DNA of 64,000 nt from Ylistrum balloti (taxonomy: Eukaryota): NCBI RefSeq assembly GCF_031769215.1, contig NW_026782089.1, positions 248,001-312,000 on the forward strand, in the 5' to 3' direction. The notes under the pieces are model-generated. The model made no database searches and was not told the DNA's origin. It was given only the letters and a program-made list of their open reading frames with translations. The position numbers and the translations under genes are program-made. Shown one piece after another: positions 52,501 through 64,000 of this stretch (its first letter is position 1; each line of letters starts with the position of its first letter).

Positions 52501-55495
52501 TAATATATCTAATGTATATAATACAATACAGCATAAAATATATACAATGCTTATCGACACACAAAAATCATTATTGTACTTTGAAAATTGCTGCTCCCAA
52601 AGTTGCTTTAGAAGCATGATTGCGTGGCTCGAAACAAAGTCACAAAGTGCATTTTCAATGTTTAGTATTTTCTAGAAGACTACTTGTCGTATAATTAAGA
52701 TTCTGTTTACATGTTGCTATTTTCCTTGTTGTGTCGGTCAAATATGGTAGAAATGATCACTGGCAAATGAGGATGCGAAGATATACTAGTACCCACCCAA
52801 AGTGCTTGCTAATCCCTTAAACTCTCCCCTTTCTCTACCCTTCATGGTCACCAAGCACTTATTCCAAGGTCGGTTACCGGAAGGTTTGAAGCAATTTAAA
52901 ATTCGTGAAAATAGACGAAGTATACATTGTCTAAGTGTGACCTTTTTCATAGGTGTCTGAAAGTTGTTTTGTACTTGGTTCTTGAAACCTTATATTTATT
53001 CTGCAGAAAACACAAAAACTGCAATTTCACAACATTGAACAGCAGCAATTCCATTTTGACCCGTTCCTCATTTTGGTCCCCTCTCGATTTCGACCCCCAA
53101 ACATATCTTCCTGCAAGGGAAAAATAAGGGTTGTCAAAAGACGTCCACGGAATGGCCCGATTTCAATTCAAATCAATATACTGATTTCGGCCTTCGAGTA
53201 CGTTCTCTCATGTGTAAGAAATGCTTTATAAAATCAATGTTACAACTATGTATAGGTTTGTGCTTGCCCGCTGAATTGGGATCCTGTTTGTGGAATGGAT
53301 GGGAAGACATACCCTAACCAGTGCGCTATGAACTGCGAGTAAGCATAAAATCCGTTTATTGTTGACCATTGAATTATGGAATATTTCATGTAGCCTATCA
53401 TATCCTTTTAGTCCTCTATATTGTACAGAAGACATAGAAGTGAAAAGAATCTTTTAACATATCTTTTAGAATAAGATAAATTAGAGTCAAACAATGAATT
53501 AAACGGTTCATAATATATACATGAACAATGGAGGACGCCTTTTCAAAATGATCAGATATATGAAAAACGCGACTTTTATTGACTAGTATTACACCTCATT
53601 TAGATTTTGATATTCTTTTCTAGATGAACGAAAGACTTGCATGATGCAGTTTTATTCGTCAGTTTTACTGTATCTGATTCTAAATTTGTACTGAAAGGTG
53701 TTATTCACTTTTGTACAATATGTAATATCATCAAAAGAAGTAATTAAGTCATAATGTTCTCAGCAGTCAAGATAATTACAGAAAACGGACCAAAAACGGT
53801 ATTTTAATCGTTACATTCTCACTTTATGATTCTTAACATAATCAAAGGATAGATTCTGTTGATGAACTTAGTTCTTCGAGGTTTGCCATAACCCGCATGC
53901 CACAACTGACCCTTTTTACATCAGCCGTTTACCACGATATTTTCCTACAAGAAAGCCAACAGGGACATGTTTCCACTGATCAATATGACAGGCATTATGA
54001 TTTTGGTTTCTTAATGTGATATTTCCATTTCTAACTCTTAAGATAAGATGCTTGTTAGAATAATTATTGGTTTATTTGTTGTTGTTGTTGAAGACATCTA
54101 ATGATCCTGAACACTTGGCCTTAAATGTTTTCTTGTGAATAATTTGCCCTCGTGTCATCGATCGTGAATTTGAATTAAGATTTTGTTGACAAGTTAGTGT
54201 TTTCATGTTGTTGTACTGTGCTGTCCTGTCATTGCAGAAATGTGTCATGGGATTATGATGGGAAATGCAGAAAGGTATTGTATTGTAAAGTCGTATCGTC
54301 GTAACAGATAATGATATGGAATAGTCGTTGAAAATTTTTATCGCCAAGAAACGTAATACTTAGAAAATATTAAGCCGTATATATCTATAAGCCTTTTGTG
54401 TGCGTGCGTGTGTACTAAGCTTGTGATATTAAATTTCTAGCTATGTGCGTGTCAAAAGATTTATTCTCCTGTTTGTGGAATGGATGGAAATACTTACAAT
54501 AACAAGTGTACAATGAAGTGCGAGTAAGTACAAACTAATAATACATTTAAGTTTTTTAAAGTTATAATTGATATGATTACTTACGATGCGAAACGTTAAG
54601 CATAGTTAGCAATGCGAAACAAAAAGGCGAGATAATACAATTTGTACCAGAAACCCTCTGATCAAGCTTAGACTTAGAAAGAATAGCTTCTAATCAGTTG
54701 ATTTTTCTAAAGAAGCACTAATTATCAAGCATAATTAGTTGTCATAATCAGGCCATTACCATATACATCTTATTTACTATAAAACCAAGTGTTACAACTG
54801 ACAAAGGAAATTCATGATTCTGAAATCATCAATTAATGAATATATATGTGACTACGTATAAAGCATGCATTACAGCTGGATAAAAAAAAACAAAATGGAA
54901 ACAAATAAGCTTAAAAAGATATGAATTGAATTGTTTTCAGAGGAGTGACCTTAGACTATTACGGGCGGTGTTACAAGGTAATATAATTGTCATGAGTAAC
55001 GGTGTTCGACGCTCCATACCCGTAGTGATTTTTGTTTCTCACAAACCTGTGTAATGGGCATCCCGTAGCCTCCAGGGAAATATAATTAGTAAACAAACAA
55101 GCAAACAGACGATCAAAGTTATTTGAATGAACAAATCAAACTTTGTTATTTATCTTAATTCTAGAAAGGATCCAAAATCACTTTAAATATAAGATGCTTA
55201 TTGGAATTTCTGTGGTAACTTTTCCTTGCTTAGTGCAAAGTATTTGTATCCTTTTATCTTCATTTGACAATGATCTGAAATTATTTTTATAACAATAAAG
55301 CATGTGTAGCGAAATTCAATTGCATATTTATGATTTACAAACACACGGCGATGACATATTGTCAATAGGTCAAATGACTTTATTTGAAAATCTCATATTC
55401 ATATAACACGAGTCTAAATGTGCATTAATTTGCTCTCATCAATAATTAATTCTGGAATCTTTCAATTTGTTTTTTTGCTTTATTTCAAACAGTGA
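46874..55495 (+). CDS. Secreted 8-domain Kazal serine protease inhibitor (342 aa)
   Basis: Signal exon 46874-46942. Domain exon pairs: 47095-47177/47800-47833, 48012-48094/48643-48679, 49197-49279/49556-49592, 49736-49818/50468-50504, 50889-50971/51319-51355, 51560-51642/51882-51918, 53256-53338/54238-54274 and 54441-54523/54941-54977. Stop TGA at 55493-55495. All introns are GT-AG and every domain is C-X1-C-X7-C-X10-C-X3-C-X10-C. Confidence 0.92.
49471..49518 (+). repeat. (ATC)16 microsatellite in the intron splitting Kazal domain 3
   Basis: Read directly. Confidence 0.95.
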
Positions 55496-56423
55496 TACCA
55501 CACGAGTTGATCCTGAAACTAAATGTTCGTAGGCAACATAACAGGTAAGTCGTGCCATATATTCTATTTCTATCATATGCAGTTATTTTTCAAACATATT
55601 ATTTAAAATGATACCTTTGGTTAACTTGGTTCAATACATGTTCTCTCACATAATATTCAAAGCGAGTACATGGTGGTTCTCCAAATCTACGTCATATCTT
55701 TAGGACAGTAGCTAGTATTTACTAAAGGGAATTTCATAATTATATAGAAAAGTAAATTTGACTTCGCAAGATCACAACTTTCTTCTTCATTTCATTAGAT
55801 ATTTGATTAAATAAGGTTCACGTGAAAAAAGAGAGTCGGTTAATGAAGGTGTGTTAGTTTGAGGGTGTTGGTGCCGATGGTTGTGGTTGTGGTGGTGGTG
55901 TGTGTATTCACGCTTCAACCAATAATGCTACCATTAATTTAATAGAAATTCATTCAATCAGTGATTTTCAAAATGCAATCCAAAGCATTTTCAAACATTA
56001 TAATTCACGGTCGTTTAAATCATATCATCATTATTTTCATTAAGAATAAAAAAAGAAGTAAGATTTCCTTTGTATTCCAGTTCTTAATTCAATTGCATAG
56101 ATGGCGTATGCTTACCATTCTGGAACATCTGAATTTATAAGCAGTGTAGTTAGCGATTTCCATCGTTTATCCTTTTATTACACCTCCTCTTATCATAGGA
56201 GGTATTCAGCAGTTTCCATTATTTATCCTCCTGAAACACCCTGTCTCATCCTTGGTGTTTAGGGGTTTCATTTGATCATCCTTTGGGAACCCCTGGTCTT
56301 ATCATTGGACGTGCTTAGGGATCTCCAATGTGAATCCATCTCGGACACCTATTCCTATGATTGGGTGTGCTAAGGGGCTTTAATTTATTACCCCCCTGGA
56401 ACAGGGGTTTCGATAATTAATTC

Positions 56424-56632
56424 TTTCCGAACGCCAGGTCTTATCTTTAGTTGTGTGTTAGTGGTATTCAATATTTCTCCTTCCCGAACACCTCGTCTTA
56501 TCTTTGGATATGTTTAGTGGTATTGATTAGTTTTCTTTCCCGAACACCTCGTCTTATCTTTGGATGTGTTTAGTAATATTCATTAGTTATCCTTCCCGAA
56601 CACCTCGTCTTATCTTTTGATGTGTTTAGCGG
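56424..56632 (+). repeat. ~56-bp tandem repeat, 4 copies plus decayed upstream copies, in the 3' UTR intron
   Basis: TTCCCGAACACCTCGTCTTATCTTT at 56481, 56537 and 56593, with a variant at 56424. Confidence 0.85.
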
Positions 56633-56849
56633 TGCTCGTTTTTGACCATATTGATTCCTAGTTTAATTCTTTGTTTACGTGATTGTATTGCCTTTTATTA
56701 CTGTTTCGCAGTTAAAGATTGTCGCTAAGTTTAATAACGCCTATTTTATAATCCTCGTTAAATGACACCTGTTCTATGACACTTACTCTCGGAGGACGTT
56801 TAATCTATAAAAAGATGACGGTTGTTATGAGTATTCTCTTTCATTGCAG

Positions 56850-56913
56850 GTTTCTGCCAGATCAACATCACGTTTGCGTGCATATACGTTTTCAAACTTT
56901 AATGCAGAATAAA
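56850..56913 (+). terminator. Probable non-coding terminal exon and poly(A) signal of the 8-domain Kazal gene
   Basis: Acceptor TCTCTTTCATTGCAG|G at 56849/56850 and AATAAA at 56908-56913. It pairs with the donor ACAG|GTAAGT at 55544. Confidence 0.55.
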
Positions 56914-57548
56914 GCTTTTTTCGTAAATCAAATCAGTTTTGTTTAGATTTATCGCCTGTTCAAAACTATATACACTGTATTGACATGGCGTGCAGACACA
57001 ATAGGAATATAGATTTAGGCATTATACCGACAGAGCAAACTAACACATTTTACATATTCCGTTAAAATATATTGTCTTGCCCAATCGTAAATAAATGAGG
57101 CAACCCAATCGTATAAGTTAAACACAGAAAAAAGTAACTGACCATCTGTTGGTTCAGATAAGATCTGTCTTGTTTGTTGTTTTTTGTACTAAAAATTGTC
57201 ACAAGCGTATTTAGTACCTCATGTCTTTTCTGTTTTTCAAATTTCCCATACAATGTCAGTACATTCTACTGAAAACATGGACTTCTTTGAAAATTATTTG
57301 ACACGTGATGTTGTTATGTTAGTAACTGATTATATTCATGTAATACTTCGGTTTGGCATATAATGACAGTAAAGGCTGACATAATTTGATTAGGTTACAT
57401 AGTATTTATGTGTTATCATGAGGAATAAGTGAAGTCGACGTCATTATCACATTTCATATTGATTTGAATATTTGTTATTTACGTTATAATAACTAACATC
57501 GTAAAAAGTTCACTAACGTGTTGTAAATGTTTTTTAATGATGTTTCGA

Positions 57549-57783
57549 TTCACACGTGACCAAGTCTTGTATTGGTTCACACGTGGCCGTGTCTTGTATT
57601 GGTTCACACGTGACCGTGTCTTGTATTGGTTCACACGTGACCATGTCTTTTATTGGTTCACACGTGGCCATGTCTTGTATTGGTTCACACGTGACCATGT
57701 CTTGTATTGGTTCACACGTGACCATGTCTTGTATTGGTTCACACGTAACCATGTCTTGTATTGATTCACACGTAACCATGTTT
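57549..57783 (+). repeat. 27-bp tandem repeat (TTCACACGTGACCATGTCTTGTATTGG), ~9 copies, most with a CACGTG E-box
   Basis: Read directly. The last two copies read CACGTA. Confidence 0.95.
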
Positions 57784-58017
57784 TGGCGAATTCACATTCT
57801 GTAAATGATCTATATATTCAACCACTCAAAACTAAGTGCCTCACTATTTTGAATGAAGCTTTCTAGTATCATCAGGGATGAGGCATAAAGTTATATATAA
57901 ATAAGAATATTTAGCTCCACAATGAATTTATAGAATTTATATCCTTTTAGAATTTAAGTATAACAAAAAGCTTCGAAACAATTGTGAATTTTAATGCACA
58001 GTCGTCTTTATCAAGAA

Positions 58018-58162
58018 NNNNNNNNNNNNNNNNNNNNNNNNNNNNNNNNNNNNNNNNNNNNNNNNNNNNNNNNNNNNNNNNNNNNNNNNNNNNNNNNNNN
58101 NNNNNNNNNNNNNNNNNNNNNNNNNNNNNNNNNNNNNNNNNNNNNNNNNNNNNNNNNNNNNN
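58018..58162. other. Assembly gap (145 N)
   Basis: Run of N. Confidence 1.
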
Positions 58163-58437
58163 AGAAGATGTAGAAATAGCATTTCATCAAATGAAATCCA
58201 CATGAGCAACGACTCTAAATAAATACAACAGAAAACAAAGGAATTTTCATGTTTAATGCATAAACTATGACATTTGATCTGGTGACATACATGTACATGG
58301 TGACAAAACACAAAGACTTTATTGAATGTAGTGTTTACGCCGTAAAAGACACGTAGTCTCTTCCTTGATGGTGTATTCAATGTCTTATTTCAATTTACAT
58401 TTGATTATTCATAATGTTTCGTCTGTTTTTGTAGTTT

Positions 58438-59617
58438 TTACTTATCGCAGCTTCCGTCGTGGTCAAAATTCACTCCTCTGAAAACAGAGATAAAAGTGAA
58501 GTTAAATCGATGGCTATAGCGTTTTATTTACAATGCATCTAACATCGTATGTCATTTTAGCATACAGCACACACCGACAACTTGTATTTAAAGGAAAAAT
58601 TCAATATTTTGTTCACTGTGTTCTAAAACGAAGTAAAGTGAGAGACCGATAAAACGATATGAAGAGATCAGAAAAAGTTCATAACCCAGAACGTGTCAGA
58701 CGTAAATCAATAGTTGTTTTCGTATTATCCATTCCAATAGTATTCACACATTAAAAAAAGCGGTTTTACAAAATAATCCTCACATTTAATCTATTTACCA
58801 TACGTCATCACCGACGGCGGGTGACTACATCACAGTTACTTACTTGCAGTTCATCTCGCAGTCGTTAGGGTATGTAAGTCCGTCATCACCACACACTGGA
58901 TAGTACCGTCTGCCACAGATACACAAGTCATCCTCACACTCTCCAGTGTGCAGCAGACCAACTTCACTGAAACAGAATGACGTTGATACTGTACTTATGC
59001 CTTCCTTAACACAAATAGATATTAAGAAATTTCGAACCGATCGGCAAAAATCCTAATTCCTGTTTCTGTATCACTTTGCTACAACTTTAGATATATAAGC
59101 TTAAAAGTTTTAGCTAATGTATTCTAATATTTTCCATACAAATAAATATCTATAGCGTACACGTACCATTGATTAATTACAATGTACATCTGTGTTTCAC
59201 CGTGTTAATATCACAAGAAGGAATTCACCATTAATATACAACATTGAACTTTGTTTGGAAAGGGGGTCTTCGACGAAAAACTCTAGGCAGCCATTGATAT
59301 ACTGCCTTGATAACTGAACATTGTTTGGAAAGGGAATCTTCAACGAAAACACTAGGCAACCTTAGCGTTATTCCAGTAACCTCTTGAAAGCATTTTTGTT
59401 CTAAAACTATAGTAGTTTTGATCAATTAAGTACCTCCTATGTATACTTACTTGCACCTTCGTAGACAGTCGTTGTCATAGGTAACGCCATCGTCACCACA
59501 AACTTGATCCATTTCTTTCGTACATTTACATGCTCTGTTAAATTTGCGTGGGGCACTAGTAGTATTTCCCATCGCAACAGCAATGCAAATTGCCAAAACA
59601 AAAAGTGTCAGTTTCAT
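58438..59617 (-). CDS. Secreted 2-domain Kazal inhibitor, gene C (109 aa)
   Basis: Coding exons are 59617-59451, 58966-58844 and 58477-58438, giving [115 protein letters not shown] is near 58320. It is absent from the ORF track. Confidence 0.88.
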
Positions 59618-59889
59618 CGTTGGGTTGAATGTAAACGGGTATACCTGAAGAGTAATGTGTCAATGTATTTACAGCGAAACTGATCATATACTACAGACAT
59701 TTAGAAAAGTAATCGGTCTTTTCTTATCACAATCCATAGAATTTCTATTGGCAATGCATGGGTGTCTTTCGTCTTATCATGACGATAGTTACCATCATAC
59801 TCCAGCGTCACAACGGCAAAGACAATATGCTAACATTACTTAACAACGAAAATAAAAACGTGAGTTACCAGCAGAGTATTTCAAACAAA

Positions 59890-60070
59890 GTGACAACGAG
59901 AGTTACCACAACACTTCTATATAAGTGATAATGAGAGTTACAACACTCCTATATAAGTGACAATGATAGTTACCACAACACTTCTATATAAGTGACAATG
60001 ATAGTTACCACAACACTCCTATATAAGTGACAACGAGAGTTACCACACTCATATATAAAGGACAATAATA
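59890..60070 (+). repeat. 35-bp tandem repeat (~5-6 copies) in intron 1 of gene C
   Basis: GTGACAACGAGAGTTACCACAACACTTCTATATAA units at 59890, 59925 and onward. Confidence 0.85.
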
Positions 60071-60449
60071 GTTGCTAGCACAGTACTCCTATGTATGTGA
60101 CAACAAGAGTTACTTCTACAACTCTCAATGACGACATTTTTACAAATACAATACGCCATTACGTCACAAAGAAAGTTACCATAACTGTCGTGTGTGACAA
60201 CGCGAGTTAATACAGCAATATTCCTACAACATATCACAACAAGATTTACAATAACAGCACCACAACATTTTATCATAACTAGATGTTCCACGGCTGCACT
60301 GTTACAGTTAAATATTCTTCAAAATTATTCAGTAACTGTAAAATTGTCATGCTTTACTAGTATCCTACGTTTATTTTCTGACTTAAAATGCCTTATATGT
60401 TATCACTATTATTTTTGTTTATAGAATAAAGTCCGCAAATAAAACTTAC

Positions 60450-60525
60450 CGACACTGCTGATGTTCTATCTAGAGCGTTGTGATGCTGGTTTATGAGTTA
60501 ACTGACTGTCCTAGTGTTATTTATA
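60450..60525 (-). promoter_or_regulatory. TATA box, initiator-like motif and non-coding first exon of gene C
   Basis: TATAAA at 60525-60520, TCAGTT/TCATAA initiator-like motifs at 60505-60491, donor TCG|GTAAGT at 60450/60449 and acceptor at 59644. Confidence 0.6.
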
Positions 60526-61170
60526 TGCATTGGTTGGTATTTCATCATCAATTAACCGAAAGTTTACGATAATTTTTCTGTTTCCAACGTACAACATGCA
60601 TGCAACATATTGAGGTCAGCCGCTGGCATGTTTTATACACCTGAAGTATGTGTATCTTAAACATTTCTAGGATATTTACAATATGTATTCATATTCAAAT
60701 ATTCAGTAAATTTAATACATCATTGTGAACATATTTTTGGAAATCCATTTGAAATCTATGAGGTTTTAAGGATGTGATATTTAATCAAACGAATTAGATA
60801 TTTTATCAAACATGTGGCTCATTAAAACTGGATTATGTTGTTAAAAACCTAAGTCACAATTTATGTCGCTTTACCTGATAAATATCAAGCAAAAATGCAA
60901 CGATAAAAGAAATATATGCTAAAGGATTTTTAATGATACATACAGAATCGTATCAAATACTGAGCGATTACTATTCTGGTGGTCAACGTTACAACAGCTG
61001 TCTAAAAGTTACGGAAGTTCAACATAACAATTAGTTTTGTTGTTGTGTATATCTGAAATGCCAGTAAATCTATGTCCAAACAACATTTTGTTTTATTTTC
61101 GTTTTCTATGTCAAGCCTTACTTGGTGTCGGTTCAATATCATAACGTTAGACTTGTAACATCTATAAACT

Positions 61171-61313
61171 GACAGACAGAAACAGATTGATCTTTTAGTC
61201 TTTTCTACATCACTTTTATATCATTACGGCTATTTTGGTTTTGGTTGACAGACAGAAACAGATTGATCTTTTAGACTTTTCTACATCACTTTTATATCAT
61301 TACAGCTATTTTG
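61171..61313 (+). repeat. 76-bp direct duplication
   Basis: GACAGACAGAAACAGATTGATCTTTTAG...GCTATTTTGG at 61171 and 61247. Confidence 0.9.
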
Positions 61314-64000
61314 GCTTTATTCGTGATTACAGATAAAGCATATCTGACAGCAGTTACAATTAACGATTTCTGGATTTGTGACAACGAGAAATTTAGAGAA
61401 TCCATTTCAGATGGTTTTCATTGCAGGTCAGACAAGTGTCAGACACTTCATTGTCAAAGAAAATTCGTACTCGTTATTCAAAATCAAAACCAATAAAATT
61501 TACAAAAACTAACGATGGCAATATTCACTTAAGAACCATTAACATTTACGATAAGAACGTGTTTTCTGAGATAATGACGGACTTACCGTTTTCAAATATT
61601 TTTATTTAGTCAACATTGAAAGAGTCTATGTGTTACTAAATCTGACTTCAATCAGTAGTTCTGAACAATGCAATGACATTGAAAATATGGTGAACTTCTC
61701 ATATTATACAGTTCCCATGTGTATTCATTGAGATATTGTTCAATTCAGACTTGCAAATAGCTCAATCCTGAGTAGAAATAACGGCTCCAAATCATCTGTT
61801 TTATTTTATTGTTTACCATATTCTCATTTGAGAACTGACATTAATTACTTGGATTGACCAAGATTTACATGGCGGGTGTAGTCGAAGAAGACGCTTATTC
61901 TTCTAGAGCACTTGGTCTTACTTTCCTTGTACCTTTACATGAGTCACCGGTAGATCTTTCTTTTGTACATATTTTCCCCAGTTTTATTGAATTTGAGTTA
62001 TGATTAGTTGACTTGTTGGTATTTTCTAATGTTTTTCATCGGCCGTAAATATCATTATTAAAATACATTTTTGATATTTCAAAATATCTATTTATCAAAA
62101 TGTTTTCTCTTAAAAACGCAATAAAATCAATATGATCGACATCTGAATTCTGGCGTTAACACATAGAATGACTGGGTTTTAATGCCACATTGATTGGAGT
62201 TCAAAAGGATCGCGAAAGTAGCAAAATATGTAAATGATACGATCCCATATGGCGATAACTTTAAACAAGACAAATTATGCACTCTATCGTGTTCACCGCG
62301 TGGAATGCTAGTTTTCATGGAATGCCCCCGCAGCACGTTTGTGTAACGAGTATAACACAAATGACCACCATTCCGTGATGTCTGTTTTACTTCGTAATAA
62401 TGACATATTTGCCGTTTCCCTGGTCAGGAAAGTGTCTCCTTATCTTTATTGTGTTTACCAACTGATTGTCACGACAAAGAAGCGGTCGTTTAGCATCTTA
62501 CGTAAGGTGTTGTAATTAGAGACCTTAACAGCAGAACTGGTGAAATAGGGAACCCGATTATGTTATAAACAGTCATGATAAACGATAGCGTTCGTCGTCA
62601 AATCCATAAATATCTAATCCTAGATGCCGTCCGCCATCTTGGGAAGGTATTGTACAAGCTGTCAAGTTACTAACATGTACAAATTGATCTACAGAATGTG
62701 TGCCTTATCCGATTTACCTTTGTATGATAGTGCCTATTCATTTTGACTTGTAAACATATATATTGTTTTAAGTAGTAGATGTCATTGTAACAGGCAGTGT
62801 TTCAAGTAATGATGAAAGGGGTTTTTGAAATACTATAATTAAGTATTTGAGCAGCTATACTAAGAGATGGTTCTTTTGTTATTTTGCTGTTACATGCTGT
62901 TGTGCACTGACATGTGTGCAAAGTAGTGTGATTAATTACAGTTACCTTTTGTGTTTAACAGTAGTTTCATTTTGGTCACAAAATAAGCAACTAACCTATA
63001 AATTGTACAATATATACCAAAATCTTGGGCTTATTAGTGATGAATACAGAACATGTAGACAGAAGACATGATTTGTTGACTGGTTTATGGTATCAGTGCT
63101 GCATATGTAGAGAGTGTATACTTTGTAATTGACTGGTGCAATATGGGACTTAAGATAAAGTAGTTTACACTTCAAGCAAGTACACACTGTACTTGTTTTC
63201 ATTACTGTCATGAATGATGTGATTGTCGTTGCATCAATTTTAAACTGTTGTTAGGTGATAGGTTAACCTTCTCTGCACATGTATGTGAGTGTTCAGTGTG
63301 AAGGCAAACAACATGCTGCTTCATTAGAATCGCCCTTAAGCGAGATCCGATTGTATGTTACCTTACATTGTTTTACTGTGGTCTCCTCATTCCTAATGCA
63401 CCAAAAATTCAAGAAAGTAGCCAGTGGGATTATATAATTTATTAATTACTCATATAAATATCAAGGCATACTTTTAATGTGCACCTGATTTTCTTGTGTC
63501 ATTTAGATTCACCCTGTATATTGTTATGTATTAAAATATGAATAAAAATGTCTCTTAGTTTCATGTTTTTACTTAGACTCCCACAGTCACGCTGCACGTG
63601 ACTATATAAATATTATTAATTTGTGCATCTCATGGTCAGAGGGCGTGAGCTGCTGTATTCAAACATATTTTCACTCTTCAAATTAAGTGCGTAAATCCTG
63701 GTGTATATCGTTCCCCCGATCGCACTTTGATATGTAAGCCATTAAAAATAAATTTAATGTTGGGGTGAACACCTATCCAGGGACCAGGTCCATAGATCCA
63801 CATGTTCGCTTCTATATAGCCTTTTTCATTGCCACAATCAAGTTACTTATCACTATTTCAAAAAAGGATAAATTTGAATAAAATGCTATTTATTATTTCT
63901 TAATTGTTCTATTTTATTGGATTTTTTTCCCGCCTTTTTTGGGGGTGGGTGGGTTATTATATGTCAGTTTATTGTTAAAATTACCCTATGCAAAATAACT

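Noticed and set aside
57534-57804. Repeat-peptide ORFs (VTCEPIQDM etc.)
   Set aside because: They are translations of the 27-bp tandem repeat.

Overview
AT-rich animal genomic DNA with GT-AG introns and two N gaps (515-1272, 58018-58162). The repeat content suggests a bivalve mollusc, which is inference. Left part: a 6.5-kb GC-rich 24-bp minisatellite with higher-order periods, a 49-bp hairpin-forming tandem array, and a 293-bp TRIM whose LTR carries a tRNA-Thr-like sequence (Helenus/TRIMp3-like). These are followed by the first 7 coding exons of a GH20 beta-hexosaminidase (HEXA/HEXB-like). That gene stops at a 4.7-kb 32-bp satellite and a decayed PIF/Harbinger-ISL2EU-type transposon with ~390-bp TIRs, and I could not find its 3' exons in the window. 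Right part: a cluster of four secreted compact Kazal inhibitor genes that the ORF track mostly misses because the exons are short. These are two tandemly duplicated 2-domain genes (A and B, minus strand), an 8-domain gene (plus strand) and a divergent 2-domain gene (C, minus strand). An L1/Tx1 LINE with a 13-bp TSD sits just upstream of gene B's promoter, and its empty site is visible in the paralog. The most notable unannotated signal is a dispersed ~130-bp repeat around and inside Kazal genes A/B that ends in a minimal type I hammerhead ribozyme on the minus strand. One copy (26865-26907) keeps the whole catalytic core.
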